Below, piece after piece: positions 48,559 through 61,950 of a stretch of 64,000 bases of DNA. The notes under the pieces were generated by a model. The model did no database searches and was not told the origin of the DNA. It worked only from the letters and a program-made list of their open reading frames with translations. The DNA comes from Felis catus (lineage: Eukaryota), in the NCBI RefSeq assembly GCF_018350175.1, contig NC_058368.1, positions 214,026,001-214,090,000 of the forward strand, written 5' to 3'. The number at the start of each line of letters is the position of its first letter. Position 1 is the first letter of the stretch. The position numbers and the translations under genes are program-made.

Positions 48559-51500
48559 TACTCCTGCTTTTTTAACTGGAAACTTGCACACTTTTCTAGG
48601 GAGGGCACCTGTGTTACTTTCTTTATCATTTGCCAAACAAGCTTTGCATCCAGTAGGTAAAGGAAAATTGGAAGGCATGTGCAAGAGTAGTAGAACTTAC
48701 ATCTCTCCTCATCCCTTCAGAGCCTTCTTTGCTAGTCAAACTGATCTACCCCCAGTTCCTCAAGTATGCCTTCGCCTTTACTGCTTCAATAGCTTCACAT
48801 CTGTCTTGAATTCTGGTGTGTGTAAAAATCACTGGGAAACTTGCCGTAAATGCAGATTCCCAAATCCTGTCTTCACTTTAGGATGTCTTTGAACATATTA
48901 GGCATAATACACACAGTACCCATTTGCTCTCAGATGAGCTACAGTCCAAAAAAGCCTAAATTTTAAAATGGGGACTTCAAAATACAGAAGGAAAGTTGCA
49001 AAAAAAATATCTCAATAGAAGTCCAATGGCGTATATGACAATATTACATAAACTAGTAAATTGCCACCTGATTAATGTCTCTAAGGTGAGGTATGGGTAC
49101 ATTTAAATATGTTTAATAAAATGAAGATGGAGTTTCCAACGTTTGGAATGTCCTGTGGCCTGTGGAGTACATCAAATCGCCCTCACTGTTTCTGGAGCTG
49201 GACTGGACTTTGCTGTAGGCACTAGTGCTCCCAGCTCAAGTCTTAATGCTCGGTCTTAGTGCTGGAATCAGTCTGTCTCTCAACCTTTCTCACCTGAGAG
49301 CTGTTATTTGAATTTTGGTGTCATTTTGCCAAATTCTTTTAAGGTAGATATATTACTTTGGATCCAAAAGGAACTAAACAGTCTGGATGTATCATGTTTT
49401 TTGTTTCCAACATAAATTATTTGTTAAATACATATTCAATTGTGATTTAATTTTTGTAACTTTACAAGATTTTTCATGTAAATGTATTCACAAATCCAAA
49501 AACACTTTGTTGTGATCTTCTTGATTTATGATAAAGAAAAAAATATATTTTACTTATAAAGTAGATACTAACGTTCTCATCACATAGATGTTCAGAAATC
49601 ATTGAAGACTGGTTCAATCTTACCATACTATTTAATATATTTTAATACTATAAAGGAATAATTTTTGTAATGTTTGAGACAGTAAAGGAAAAGAAAACAC
49701 CATTATAAATTAGCATTAAATTTGAGACATTGACATTCTGAGGTAACTTTCAGCTCTTTCTGAATCTCTGCCGAAGTCGTAAGTCAGGAGAGAATCAGGT
49801 GTCTTTCTTAAGCTTTTGATCCTGACCTTCTGAGAATGAGAAATAATGACAATAACATAAAGACACTTCTGATCAATAAACTTTAGCCTTCCCATTTTGT
49901 GAAGAGTGGGAGAACAGACAGGGAGGGCTAAGAGAATTACGCTGTTTTTTGTTTTGTTTTGTTTTGTGTTTTTCCTGGAATCCATCCACACTTCCCAGCT
50001 CCCTGAACAGGTTAGCTTTAAGCTCTAACTGCCTCCTCTTCTGGCTACCCCAACTCTTTATGTCATCTTAGACTCTTAGAAGTTCACTATAATATGAGGG
50101 AGGGCTTGTGGAAAGAAACCCCAAATGACTAATGTTGACTTTCTGTTGCTCACAGGATTAAGGTCCAAAACAGAAATTAAGCTCAGTTATAGAAAAATAT
50201 GGAAAATGCATTACTTGTAGTTTATGAGCAAAGATTTGTAGCTCCTGCTTTGCCACACAGACACCACCTCACTGGGCAGCTGGATTTTCTGGGGATTTCA
50301 CAGCCACCATGTTACTGGGTAGGGTGCCAGGAGTTAATGGGTGCTCGTGGACAGAGCAAGTCTCCCTCCTTCCTCCACAGCTCCTGATTCAGTTATGAAA
50401 TCTGAATTGCTTAAGGAGCAACAGGACATCCTCATTCCCTGCCTTTTCCCTCTCCTGTTATAGGGCATTGCTTCCCAACAGAGGGCTTACCACAATTTGA
50501 TGTCTGAACTATCGATATTGTCAAGATTATTATCACATAAACAAAGCTTTTGCTGTCTTGGGTGGATGTTTATGTTTCTTGGGAATACTTTTCTTTGGGA
50601 ACACTGTTCTAATTTTATCATTGAAATCAGTTGGATAACTGGGGTCAATAGGCAGATTTTTGCTTTTCAGCCTTTTTTTTTTTCATAGACCATTTAGACT
50701 GATCTTACAGATAGGAATGTCTTTGAGGCTACAGCCCTCAGCAGAGTCCAACCTCATCTGAATTTGTAGAAAGGAGAAAAGAATCCTTTTTCCCTCCCAA
50801 TAAATATTTCTCTCACATGGATGAGATGGGACTACGCATACAAAGAGGAAGATGTAGGGTTCAGTGGTAGTCTTGCAGTACCTGGGTTAAAAGAAGTGAT
50901 TTTAGTTCTAATTCCTGTGATGGGACCTCAGGACAAATGACCCCACTTTGTTTGTTTGTGTAATGGGAATAGTATAGCCTATTGTGCAGGGTTTTTGTGG
51001 GAGTTATATTAAGTCATGTATATAATAGTTTTTTCTAAAGTGCTATATAAAAGTAAGGCACTATTATCAGGCAGCTAAGCAAAGTTAAAAGCTTTAATAA
51101 AACCTATCCTTTACTGACTATAAGGAGACATTTTCTTACCAATGTGCAAACAAGACATATTTGCCATTAAAAGTTTAGTTTTTGAGACTAAATGGCTCAG
51201 GAAGCAATAAAGATGATCTAATATGTCAAGAAAGACATTTAAAAAAAGGAATAAGTATATCATAGACAGAAGTAGGAGACAATCTACTTCTTTTAAAGAG
51301 CCATATCTATTCATAGCATATTTAGAAAAGTATTGAATTCAGGAATATGAGACCTAGAAAAGTGATCTAAAGAATCAGGATGTCATTCAATACACAAAAT
51401 GTTTAGTCAGGCAAACCAAGATTAATAATGCAAGATTACAATCGTGGCAGTCCTCGAGAGAAGGGTATGTGTAGAGCAGGGAGTGTCTCTTGTCTTTTTA

Positions 51501-51821
51501 CCCCTGTATCCCTATCACCTTGGTTTGTGCTAGGCCTATCACAGGTTCTCATGTGACTTTTGCAGAATGAATGCAGAGGTTCAGGAGTATTGCTGAGGGG
51601 AGATGCACCCCCCATCCCCAAGCTGAAATTAATCAACAAAGAGATACATGCTTGTTGGTTCAGATTTATGAAATAAAGATGTAGGCTAATTATAATGGCA
51701 GGCTGAGCCTTTTAGCTTCCTTAATTATTCCAAATTTTTCACAATCTGAGGATCAGAATGCTCTTTCCAAATGGCAGTGGTGGGTAGTCAACAAAACTTA
51801 AAATGAAAGAATATAAGTCTT

Positions 51822-52009
51822 GGAGTGCCTGGGTGGCTCAGTCAGTTAAGCATCCGACTTTGGCTCAGGTCACGATCCCATGGTTTGTGAGGTTGAGCCC
51901 CGCGTTGGGCCCTGTGCTGACAGCTTGGAACCTTGAGCCTGCTTCAGATTCTGTGTCTCCCCCTCTCTCTCTGCTGCTTCCCTGCTCCCATTCTCTCTCT
52001 CTCTCTTTG

Positions 52010-52053
<44 letters not shown>

Positions 52054-52108
52054 CCTCTCTCTCAAAAGTAAATTAAAAACATTTTTGAAAAAAGAAAGAA
52101 AAAAGAAA
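51822..52108 (+). mobile_element. Can-SINE with expanded (CT)n
   Basis: GGAGTGCCTGGGTGGCTCAGTCAGTTAAGCATCCGACTT..(CT)n..A tail. Confidence 0.93.
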
Positions 52109-52314
52109 AATATGTCTTCCACTGGAGAACTTAATCTCTTAGGTTAGGGATAGCAAATAGGTCCATATTATTCTATTGTTGATGGCCACTAGGGCATTCC
52201 TGTTAGGGATTCTAAGGCTACATCTGGGAGATCTATGAGTCAATTAATTAGAAATATCTACTATGGGCACTGAAGTCAGCAATGACAGACTAATAGCTTT
52301 TAGAGGGGTTTCCA

Positions 52315-52533
52315 GGGGCAACTGGGTGGCTCAGTCAGTTAAGCATCTGATTCTTGATTTTGGCCCAGGTCATGATCTCATGGTTCATGAGATTGAGCCC
52401 CATGTCCTTCTCTTGTGCTGACAGCAGGGAGCCTGCTTGGAATTCTCTCTCTGTCCTCTCTCTGCCCCTCCCTTGCTCTCTGTTTCTCTCAAAATAAGTA
52501 AATAAATAAATAAACAAACATTTAAAAAAATAA
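52315..52533 (+). mobile_element. Can-SINE
   Basis: GGGGCAACTGGGTGGCTCAGTCAGTTAAGCATCTGA..; degenerate TSD AGAGGGGTTTCCA and AGAGGTTTTCAA. Confidence 0.92.
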
Positions 52534-52739
52534 AGAGGTTTTCAAAATGAAGTTTCAATTTGTGGATGATTTCCTATTAGCGCTTTTGATAACAACCCCA
52601 TGATTATTATGGGATGTGGCTTATTATGATGACTGAAACTGGAGGGAATTGGGAATGATATTGCAAGATTGACAGACATTGAACCTATAAGTGGCAGACA
52701 CATATTAAGTATATCTTACATGTAAGTTACACTCACCAG

Positions 52740-53078
52740 AGTGTTATCACCAGGAACACAAGTCTTTGCCTGTCTACATCTCCCAGCCTCTGTCCAGTTA
52801 GTTTGGGGCCATATGACTGAGTTCTGGCCAATGAGATATGAGTAGAAACGATATAGGCCATGTCTAGGCCCTGCCCCCCTAGAGACATCTCATATGATCA
52901 TTCAGCAAACTTTCCTCCCTGGCCACTTTAAACGTTGGAGGCAGGATGCTCCAAATGGCATACCTACAAGAGGGAGAAAGGCTCACCACCACCCTGAACA
53001 CCGTAAGAGTGAGACAAACTTTATGGAGACTTTGGATTTTGTCTGTTACAGCAGCTAGAGTGAATTACTCTAATACAT
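52740..53078 (+). mobile_element. MLT1(H/I)-type LTR
   Basis: TTCTGGCCAATGAGATATGAGTAGAA..TCTGTTACAGCAGCTAG..CTAATACA. Confidence 0.6.
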
Positions 53079-54496
53079 ACTAGTAACTATTATGGGAAGT
53101 GGTTTGTTTTGGTGATGGGAAATGGCTTAGACTGTCTAAACGTTTGCAGGAATCTGCTTCCTGAACTGGGTCCTTGTGACAGCACACTGCCCTTCCTGCC
53201 TATGTTACCTTTAGGTCAAGGTAGTTTCCCAGATCCTGCAGACCCCGCTTGCCTTGGGGTCATGAAGATCTGGGGGCGCAGGGGAGAGGCTTAGCTCTAG
53301 TACACCGTGCATACTACTGTGCAACGTACATGCCCTTCAAAAATGTGTGTTTCTAATACCATCATTCCTTTCCATGGGTTTCTATTTCCCACCAATAACG
53401 TTAAACCACATGGCAAAAAAAAATCACAAAAAATCACAAGACCAGCTGCTATGGTATTAATGATCCTCCGTGTGCTGGCACCATGTGAATTTTCCCAGCA
53501 TGGTCTCCTTCAGGGAGTCTCAGCTGAGATCAATGGCATTGCTTAAACATCCCTCTTTTCTTTCTTTCCCCTGCTATTCGTTTTGGTTTCTTATCTCCGT
53601 TTATCTCAGTACTACTAATTCCTAAACCTCCCACACACTCCTCCAGCCAGGCAGAAATAGTTTCTCCTTTCAGTGAACACTTGTATCTCTACCTCTCTGA
53701 AGACACCTTCCTGCCACCTTCAGGTGGATACTATACTTTTGAGTTTATGGCAGCCCTTCCTCCTGGACCATGAGCTTCTGGAGAGAAGGGAAAATATATT
53801 TATTTGGCTTACTGTCGAATATTTCATAGCACACAGTGGACTGCCTACTACTGAACAATGAATGAATAAATGAAAATCTCCTTTGCAAAGCTATGAATTC
53901 TCTCAGCTGAAAAAATTATGAAACAGCATCTATAGAAATAGGAGGCAGCTTAAAAAAGAACCAGCATATGAAATATTATAGCTCTGAATACGCTAAAAAC
54001 ATTTTATTTACTCATAGTATCAGAACGGTGGAAGGATTTTATCCTTATTTCCCTCTGGCCTGGCTCTTGCTTTTTCTTGCTCTTTTTTAAATCAGAGATC
54101 CATAGACATTGCTTTTCTATGGGAGTGAAATAAAGGATGGAGAGTTGGGATGGGCAAAAATATAGAACTGTCTTTCTTTATCTAAAGCAATTACCAGGAG
54201 GATAAACAGCTTTCTTCTTAATACAGCAATTCCATAAATAACAGTAGAATTCTTGATGCCCCAGCAGTAAGGAGTCTGCAGGGCAGTACCAATGATGTAT
54301 AATGCTGGCTGGGAGAAACTATTGTTTACAAGCTAATTATCGTATAACAAGTTGGCTTTACTTAGCTATTTGAGAGGTTCAAACAGCAGATTTAGAAAGA
54401 TATAAAGTGTGTAACAGCATGTACATTGTTTTGAAATCTCTGATTAAAAACAATAGGTTGAGAGAATTGAAAAAAAACAAGTTAGAAAAAAAACAG

Positions 54497-54502
54497 TTTA
54501 TT
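54497..54502 (-). terminator. Probable distal CDH6 polyadenylation signal AATAAA
   Basis: Minus strand reads AATAAACTGTTTTTTTTCTAACTTGTTTTTTTTCAA.., a hexamer plus U-rich downstream element. Confidence 0.6.
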
Positions 54503-57500
54503 AAGTAATATCATATAAATAACTTGTTACAAAAATTGATTTGCAAAAGGCATATTTACTCTTTGTGAGAAATCACTTTTTAAATTGCATTCTTTTCAAA
54601 TGTATACGTCTAAGAAAACAAAGGAAAATAAAAGAAGCCATTTCAAGGAGCGTGTTTTTGCCATTTGACTACAACAAAAGGCGCGGCCACACTGAGCTGT
54701 AAGGTCATTGTCTTACCTCTCCTTCCAACACAGGAAACTTTCTCATGTAAACTGTGAAGTTATGAAAATATCCCCAGCTAGAAATGTGAATGAAAGCTGA
54801 GCAGGGGTTGTTTCCATCAGGTGTTCTCATTGCCAGGGACCAATGATACTGAGAAAAGCCATCGACTGAGCATCCCAGCCAGCAAATCTTCAAGGGTGGC
54901 ATCAGCTTCAATTTATACTTGGGAGTATTTTTAATTAAAAACAATCAATACCAAAAAGCTTTTATTTTCTGGATTTAAAATCACAAATCACAGTAGGAGA
55001 ATGCCAAATCGCCTTAGCTTGGTACGACTGAGGACGCACGTAGTATTTATTATAAGGCCTATTCTTAGGCAGTTTACTTTCAAAGCAATGAAAATAATCA
55101 CAAACAAAACAATACGGTGGTTTTGAAGCGTTCCTATGTTTCTTTCGAGCAGACAAGTTGGTTTGCTACACAGCATTCGCCCTGAATGTCTAGTAGTTCT
55201 ATACATTTGATTCCTTAATAAACACTAAACTAATAGATCATAGAAAACTAAAAGCTTATAGAAGGTGCCTCTAGACATATTTACATAAATAACACTGTCT
55301 CGCAAGAAAGACCAAGATCTCATTATAGCGGAATGCTTTTTCCACAACGCTGGGTCCATGCCTCATTTGTCAGATTAACCCCATTTGAAGAGAAATTTGA
55401 GTTTGTGGTCCATGGGTTTAAAAAAAAATGGAATTAAGCAACTTGTAAAAGCTCTTTTGAAATTAATCTAATAACCCAGTGGCTCTCAGGCTAAGTGCCT
55501 CGGTCCTGTCTGAAATACAGTGGGTAATAGGCTTTGTTTCCATTTGACCTCCTTTTGGCACTTTCATCTATCGGACTAACATTCCCCCCAAATTAAAAAA
55601 TGAAAATGCATCATAAATAAGGTATTACAAAATGCGGAGTAGATTAAAGATTGTCTCAGTAATGCTTAAGTTAAATTGACGATGCAGAGACCATAAACTT
55701 CTGGCTTTAAAAATGAGCTATTTCTTTATTAACTTTTAACAAGTGTGCGAGTCAACGTATTTCCTTTATAAGAGGGTATTCCTCTGCACACTGAATACGG
55801 TCAGGGTCTGATATTTTTTAGTAGAGAGAATTACCCCTTTAGAAAACTATTCCATAAAGATGCCAAAGGGAGATTAAAAATGCTGCAAACCTAATAGTCA
55901 CTGAACTTTTAAGGAGACCATTCTGTAATTCTGTATTCTCTGGAAAAGAAAGCTGTTTGTTAGACTTGAGAAAATAGTTCATCTTCCTGAGGATCCATGT
56001 ACTAAGTCTTAATCTTTCTACTCTTATAACCTGATAAAGGAGGCTGGGTTTTAGTGTTAAATATAAATGCTTGGCTGTGTCAAGCATTGGCCCTGTCACA
56101 ATTCAAAAAAAAGACTTCATCTAGACAAAAACATAAAGAATGAAATTACTCTAAAATGATCCTTTTTAGAGGATACCTTTCAAAATAGTGGGGAATCATG
56201 ACTTTCTAAAGCGTTCTTCCAAAGTAATTATATTGCTTCAAAACTAGGGAGTAGGGTAAGATAATTTATTCGGTGGTTTGGTTCCTAGGGAAAATTAATT
56301 TAGGTGTGTCTGATTTAAATATTTAGTTTGGGCCCAAGAATCAACTCTGTTCTTCCCTTTCATCTATATACTTTTGTGGTCCTCAAGTTTATAGAATTGA
56401 GGAATTCTTAACTCATAGTTTATATATTATTATCTTCAGTGAAATACTGATTTCAAGGCAAAGCATTTGATGTAAGGTTCGCTTAGCAAATCAGGACATC
56501 TAATATTGATGTACTTAAAAATGAAAGTAATGGAAACATTCTAAAGTTAACTTGGATTCACAAAATTTGGATGCTTCCAAGATAGAGATTCAACTTTTAA
56601 GAAATTTTTGTACAACTTTTTGGAGCTGAAAATGAACACTAAACCAATTTTTTTTTTTAATGAGTTAAAATTGAATCACCAGGTTTTGTTCCATTTGAAA
56701 ATGGAGTCAATTTGTATCTGAAACTCCTTTTATGCAACTGAACTGTAAGGCTAAAAAGCTCTGTAAAAAAACATTTATTCACTGTGCCTAGAATCCCTCA
56801 CTTATGATTCCATGGAACCATCTCTTCCCCCATTTGATTTCATTTTTTATTTTGGGACAAATGTTTAGGCCTTTCAGCAGAAAGTGGCCATGAAGTGATG
56901 GGGTTGTAAACTTATGCACAGCAGCTTAACATTTTAAAAATTCCAGCTTATTTTAGGGAACATCTTAGTGGTTTGAAGAAACTCTTCCCTTTGAATGGAG
57001 GGGAAAAATTTTTCAGAAGGGCCTCAATGTCCTTGAAACAATCCATAAAAGTCATCTGCTTATAATGAATGAATTGTAGTTTCTCAGTGACCAAAGCAAA
57101 TATTAAATTTTACCTCTTCCCATTTTCCTGCCATCTTTCTTGTCACTGACATCTACTATCAGGAAAGAGACTTTCTGAAAACTGAGCTGAAAACTAATTT
57201 TTTTTTCCTCTAGTAATCATTTATGTTCACTGGGATCCTTGACCCGGTATCCTGGTGGGAAGGAAGAGAGACACACACAGAATGATGGAAGTATGGCTCT
57301 CATTATTTCCATGACATCAGAGAGTATTAATTTTCAGAGAACACTTACAGGACCCTAGTACTAAAATATTCAGCTCTAATCTTAAATTATCCAATTTCTT
57401 AGAGAGTCACTTCATCATCAGGTTTTATGGTAAGAGATTAAGCAGTTATTTCAATATTTAGTCATATTCACTTGTTCTTGGTTCACTGTACCGTCTTCAA

Positions 57501-57900
57501 GGTGGGATAATATACCTGCCAATTACATCTCAAACATTCCACTACAGAACTACTTACTTTCACTTATGAGGAGAGAATAAACCTTACCGTTAAACATTGG
57601 AAGTTGCTAGCGTCAACCCTCAGACATTCCAATTAACCCAAAAGTTCAAAAGGAAGACTTCTGATGATAACTTTCTTTTTTACAGGACTATCTTTCTTGA
57701 TACAATTTATTACATGACATGAAACATAAGGACAGAGAGCTCTTTAATTTTACAGTAAGTCATGTGATTAAGGTGGTATTCTATTGCTATGAATAACTAG
57801 TTCTTACTAATTAACTTTACTAAGCTATCTTTTTCAACACTTAACTGTGACTATGATATTCATTACAGTGAAACCCTCCCATAGTATTTTGTTTGCATTC

Positions 57901-57903
<3 letters not shown>

Positions 57904-57939
<36 letters not shown>
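57904..57939. repeat. (TG)18 microsatellite within the CDH6 3' UTR
   Basis: Read directly from the sequence. Confidence 0.95.
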
Positions 57940-57941
<2 letters not shown>

Positions 57942-59689
57942 GAACTAGCAAAAGAAAACCCTGAAAACATGAAATACTTGTTAGTATACAGGGAAGTCCA
58001 TTACAAAATAGGAAGCCATTCAGGAAACACAAGGAATAATATGGTTAAAAAACTTTTCACTCTAATTGGGTAACCCAAAAGACTACATTTCTCTTATTTT
58101 AAGGGTGCCGTCTTTGCTTCCTGGGTAACACGCTTATTTAAAACTTAACTAAACAACAGTGTGTTCCAAATAGAAAGTATGTGCTAATATGACAGTATCT
58201 CCAAATGGAAATGACATTAAGATTATCTGTAGAAAATTAACATTAATTGAAAATAAATCCCTAAGACTAATAATTGAAGTCAGCATATTCTTAAGTACAT
58301 AATATATATAGATATATAGATATATAGATATATACAGAGCCTGGGTTTTTTTTTTTTTCTTTTCTAAGTTTTTGAAACAACAATGTTTTCATTACAGTAC
58401 TTTGGAATTTTCTGATGACTGCACAATGTAAGATTCTAATGATACAAATCATTAGAACAGCCATATGAAATAAATGATTTGAACCTGCCAAAAGGATTAG
58501 TTCAGTTCAGTTGGGTCCTCTGGATAATAACTATGATGCTAATTGCATAATTAGAGAAATAATAGATTGGATGGATTGTACATTACTTTTCTGTTGTAGT
58601 TTGAGACCATTACTTTATCATTGGTTCAAAGACAAGGATGGCAGGGTTGCCATAGCAACGAAGTTAAAAACAATGGAAAAATATTAATGCTTTTGAATGT
58701 CAACTATCATTTTAATACCATCTTAAACACTCTCGTTGAAGGGAACCAAATTTTTCCCTTCGTAAGTGTCTTCCAAACATGTAATGTGTAGTTTTTCACT
58801 GTGATCTCAACAATATATCTATATCACATCATATAAATATATAGATGTTTCCAGATGTGAAGGACAAGTTATCAGGTTCAAGTGTGGCTGGCTCTCATTT
58901 CCCCATTAAACTCTGAGGGCAGGATTTGAGTTTTTCTAATCTACCTTTACTAATGTAACTTAATTGTGTACGAAGCATCAAGAATATGAATTGTACTTCA
59001 CACGGCTACTTTCAAGTATATTAGAATAATACTGACAACAACTACAGACAAGGAGTTAAAATTTGTCTCAGAAAAGTTTCTTTGAGAATTTGAAACAATT
59101 AGACTTACTTGTGATTAGTTTACTGATACTGATGGTCGAAGTAATTTTAAGTGATCTGTAGTACATTTGGTGGCCCGAGCTTTAAATATGCTAAATATTT
59201 CCTTTGTTGACATCATTAGCTATTTTCCCTTTCTCTTTATACGGTGCAAGGGCAAACTTTTGTGTGTTTAATATATAAAAAAAAATATGAGTTAGTGGCC
59301 AGGAATGAGATATCATTATGTTTTGTTTGTTGTTTTTTAATATTACCATTTGATTTGTTTCTAGTCCTAAAGAGGACCCAGAATCTTAAAACATTGGTGG
59401 ATTTGATGCTTTGAATAGTCACTGGTGCCAGAAAACGTTCTTGAAGAACACATAGGACAGGCAAATGCCATTTTAAATACTTTGGGACACACCCGTAAAA
59501 CACACCCAATATACACAGTCCATCAATCTCCTTGCAAGCGGATATACCAGGACCAACCTCACAGTTGTTCCTCCCTCATTTCTTCCCACTAAAACTATAT
59601 TTTTATCGTTAAAGCACAGTCCCTCATCTCATTAGCGTGTGAAATGTACAGCCAGAGCAGTCAGCTGACCTGAGTCAATGGAGTGTGGT

Positions 59690-60680
59690 AGGGAGGCCGG
59701 GCCAGTGACACTGAGCGTGTTCCCAACCCGCCCTAGGAGAGCAAGGGAAAATACCACTCCTGGTTCTCTCTTCCAGCACGGGGCCTGGGGGGCTGACCGA
59801 CATGGATAACTGGATGCTCTAAAAAATAAACCTTTGCCTCTTGGAAGCTCATAAAAGTGTACTAGAAAAAAGTCCCTCGCGTTGGGTCCCCCCGGACTGC
59901 AGCCGTCGACGTCGGGAACGGGCACCACCGAGAAGCCTTCGCGGAGCAGTGGACACGGAGGCGGGCGTCGCCACTGCAGGTCCTTGGGCGGCGGACTGCG
60001 AGGTGACAAAGGCAACGCATTAGGAGTCTTTGTCACTGTCCACGCCTCCGTACATGTCTGCGAGCTTTTTGAACCGCGGGCCCCAGTCGCTAAGGTAGTC
60101 GTAGTCTTGGTCTCCATCCGTGGTCACCGAGTCCAGCGAGCTCAGCGACTCGGCCACCGAGCCGGTGCCCTCGTAGGCGTAGGTGGCCAAGGAGTCGTAG
60201 GGCGGCGCGGTGGGGTCCGTGTCGTTCTCCTTCAACCTTTGGTTAATGAAATCCCGGACGTCGGTGTTGTCTCGAGCGGCTGGAGTCCGTCGGGGCAGAA
60301 AAAGGGCCTCGGGCACGATGTCCCTGCGTAATTTGCTGTCCTCGATGGCTTCGGGGTTCCTCAGGGTGCCGATATCAAAGGCCTGGGTGTCCTCCTCTCC
60401 GCCACCCTCGTCGTTGTAACTGACAATGTTGTCTCTGATGTCCTCTTTGGAAATGATCAAAGGTTCTTTTTTCCGCTGCCGCCTCAAAGCTGCGAACAGC
60501 ACCACCGTCACTGGAAGCAGAGACAAAGCAGAAGGGAAGGGGAAGTTAATTTGCCGCCCAATTAATGTCAGCAAGCAGCGCTGCGCTCCAACGTGAAGTT
60601 TCAAAACTTCTCCGGGAAACTGCAGACTCAACTTTTATTCCTTGAAGGTTGCGCTTGCCTCCACGCGTGATCAAACCGGG
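59690..60680. promoter_or_regulatory. CpG-island-like segment over the CDH6 last exon
   Basis: Visibly dense in CG dinucleotides and GC-rich against an AT-rich background; not computed. Confidence 0.6.
60020..60510 (-). CDS. CDH6: Cadherin-6 (K-cadherin) terminal coding exon: end of transmembrane segment plus cytoplasmic domain
   Basis: Translates (V)[87 protein letters not shown], with p120- and beta-catenin-binding motifs and the CDH6-specific end. The acceptor is a pyrimidine tract plus CAG| (AG at 60512-60511); the intron is phase 1; TAA at 60022-60020. Confidence 0.97.
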
Positions 60681-60990
60681 GACCCCCCAAAAGCGGAGGA
60701 GAATATTTGAAAGAAAGTTACAATTTAAGTAGAGGATAAAACACCTTCATATTTTTGTCAGTAGTTCCCTTTCGCTTTGAAACGGGGAGCTAGTCTGAAG
60801 GTAAGGAAAAAATAAAATAATAATAATAATAAAGCTCAAACACAGCGAGAGCACAGCAATCAGAGTGCAAATTATGCTGAACACCTGAAATGCTCTGAAA
60901 CTGCTTATAAGCACAAGGCTGGCACCTTCGGGATGTGTTGAAGGGTTTGCATAACTACATGTCTAAAATAACTTTTGCACTCTGCCTTCT

Positions 60991-61022
<32 letters not shown>

Positions 61023-61734
61023 TTTCTCAGAGAAGTGTAAAATTGGTTTAAAACCCAAAGTAGGCATGTGAATGTCTGCATACCTTTCTACATATAAGAA
61101 ATATTATTACAGATAATACCTGGAGAGACCCAGATACAATTCAGAAAGCCATTCTGGACTTCAACACCAGCTGGTTTGAAAGGGGGTGGGTGATAAGACA
61201 CACACCAGCTTATTTCTGTTTGAGCTAAATAAAATAAACACATTTAAGAGGGAACTTAAAAAAAAAATCTTTCAGAGTTAGTATTCTGTTAAGTGTGATG
61301 CCTGGAATGTTTGTCCTTTTGATTTTTCCTCTGAACTCCAATTAGAGGCAAAGCAAGAATTGTGTTTAAATAACCCCTGATGTTTCTCCGCAGCTGGCTA
61401 CCTGTAGACAGACACATCTCCAAATGGACATATGGGTGGGAAAATAAAAACACAGCGACAGCTTAGAGAGAAAGCAGCCATCCAGGGCAGAAACTGCATT
61501 GCGAAACTGGGTTTGTCCAGGGCTGTTTACTGCAAGAAGTACTAGTAATGTGTTTTTATTTTCTCATCCATAACATGGTCCAGATTTTATGAGTCATAAA
61601 AATTGAATTACTGTAGTAAGAATTACAGAACAATGGCTTTTGGTGGATATGGATACCTACACACAGAATGATGGATACATGCATTCGCATGTCTCTATAT
61701 ATTAAAATTTCAGGTGTTAATAGCATTAATAATA

Positions 61735-61950
61735 ATTGGTTATCTACTGAGAGCGTTCTATGTGCCAAACACTGTGCTAAGTGCTTTACATACTGAATCT
61801 CATTTGATCATCACAGCAGCCCTACAAAGTAAGTACCATCATTATAACCCCATTTTACACAGAGGAAGTTGAGGTTTAGAGATGTCACATGTACAAACAA
61901 TTGAAATCCAGGTCAAACTAAAAAGCCAACACTCTTATTAATCACCATGC
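61735..61950 (-). mobile_element. MIR SINE
   Basis: TACTGAGAGCGTTCTATGTGCCAAACACTGTGCTAAGTGCTTTACAT..CCCCATTTTACACAGAGGAAGTTGAGG. Confidence 0.85.

Larger units (their letters stand above)
54480..60019 (-). other. CDH6: Long CDH6 3' UTR (~5.5 kb; distal end inferred)
   Basis: Runs from the stop codon to an AATAAA with a strong U/GU-rich downstream element; no recognisable interspersed repeats, unlike the flanks; human CDH6 is known to have a multi-kb 3' UTR. Confidence 0.6.

Noticed and set aside
59632..60419. Overlapping ORFs of 161, 149, 69 and 60 aa around the CDH6 exon
   Set aside because: Expected stop-codon scarcity in GC-rich coding DNA; no recognisable protein.
60511..60631. N-terminal 40 aa (MSLQFPGEV...) of the 203-aa ORF
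   Set aside because: Open frame running through the intron's pyrimidine tract; the cadherin match starts exactly at the AG acceptor.
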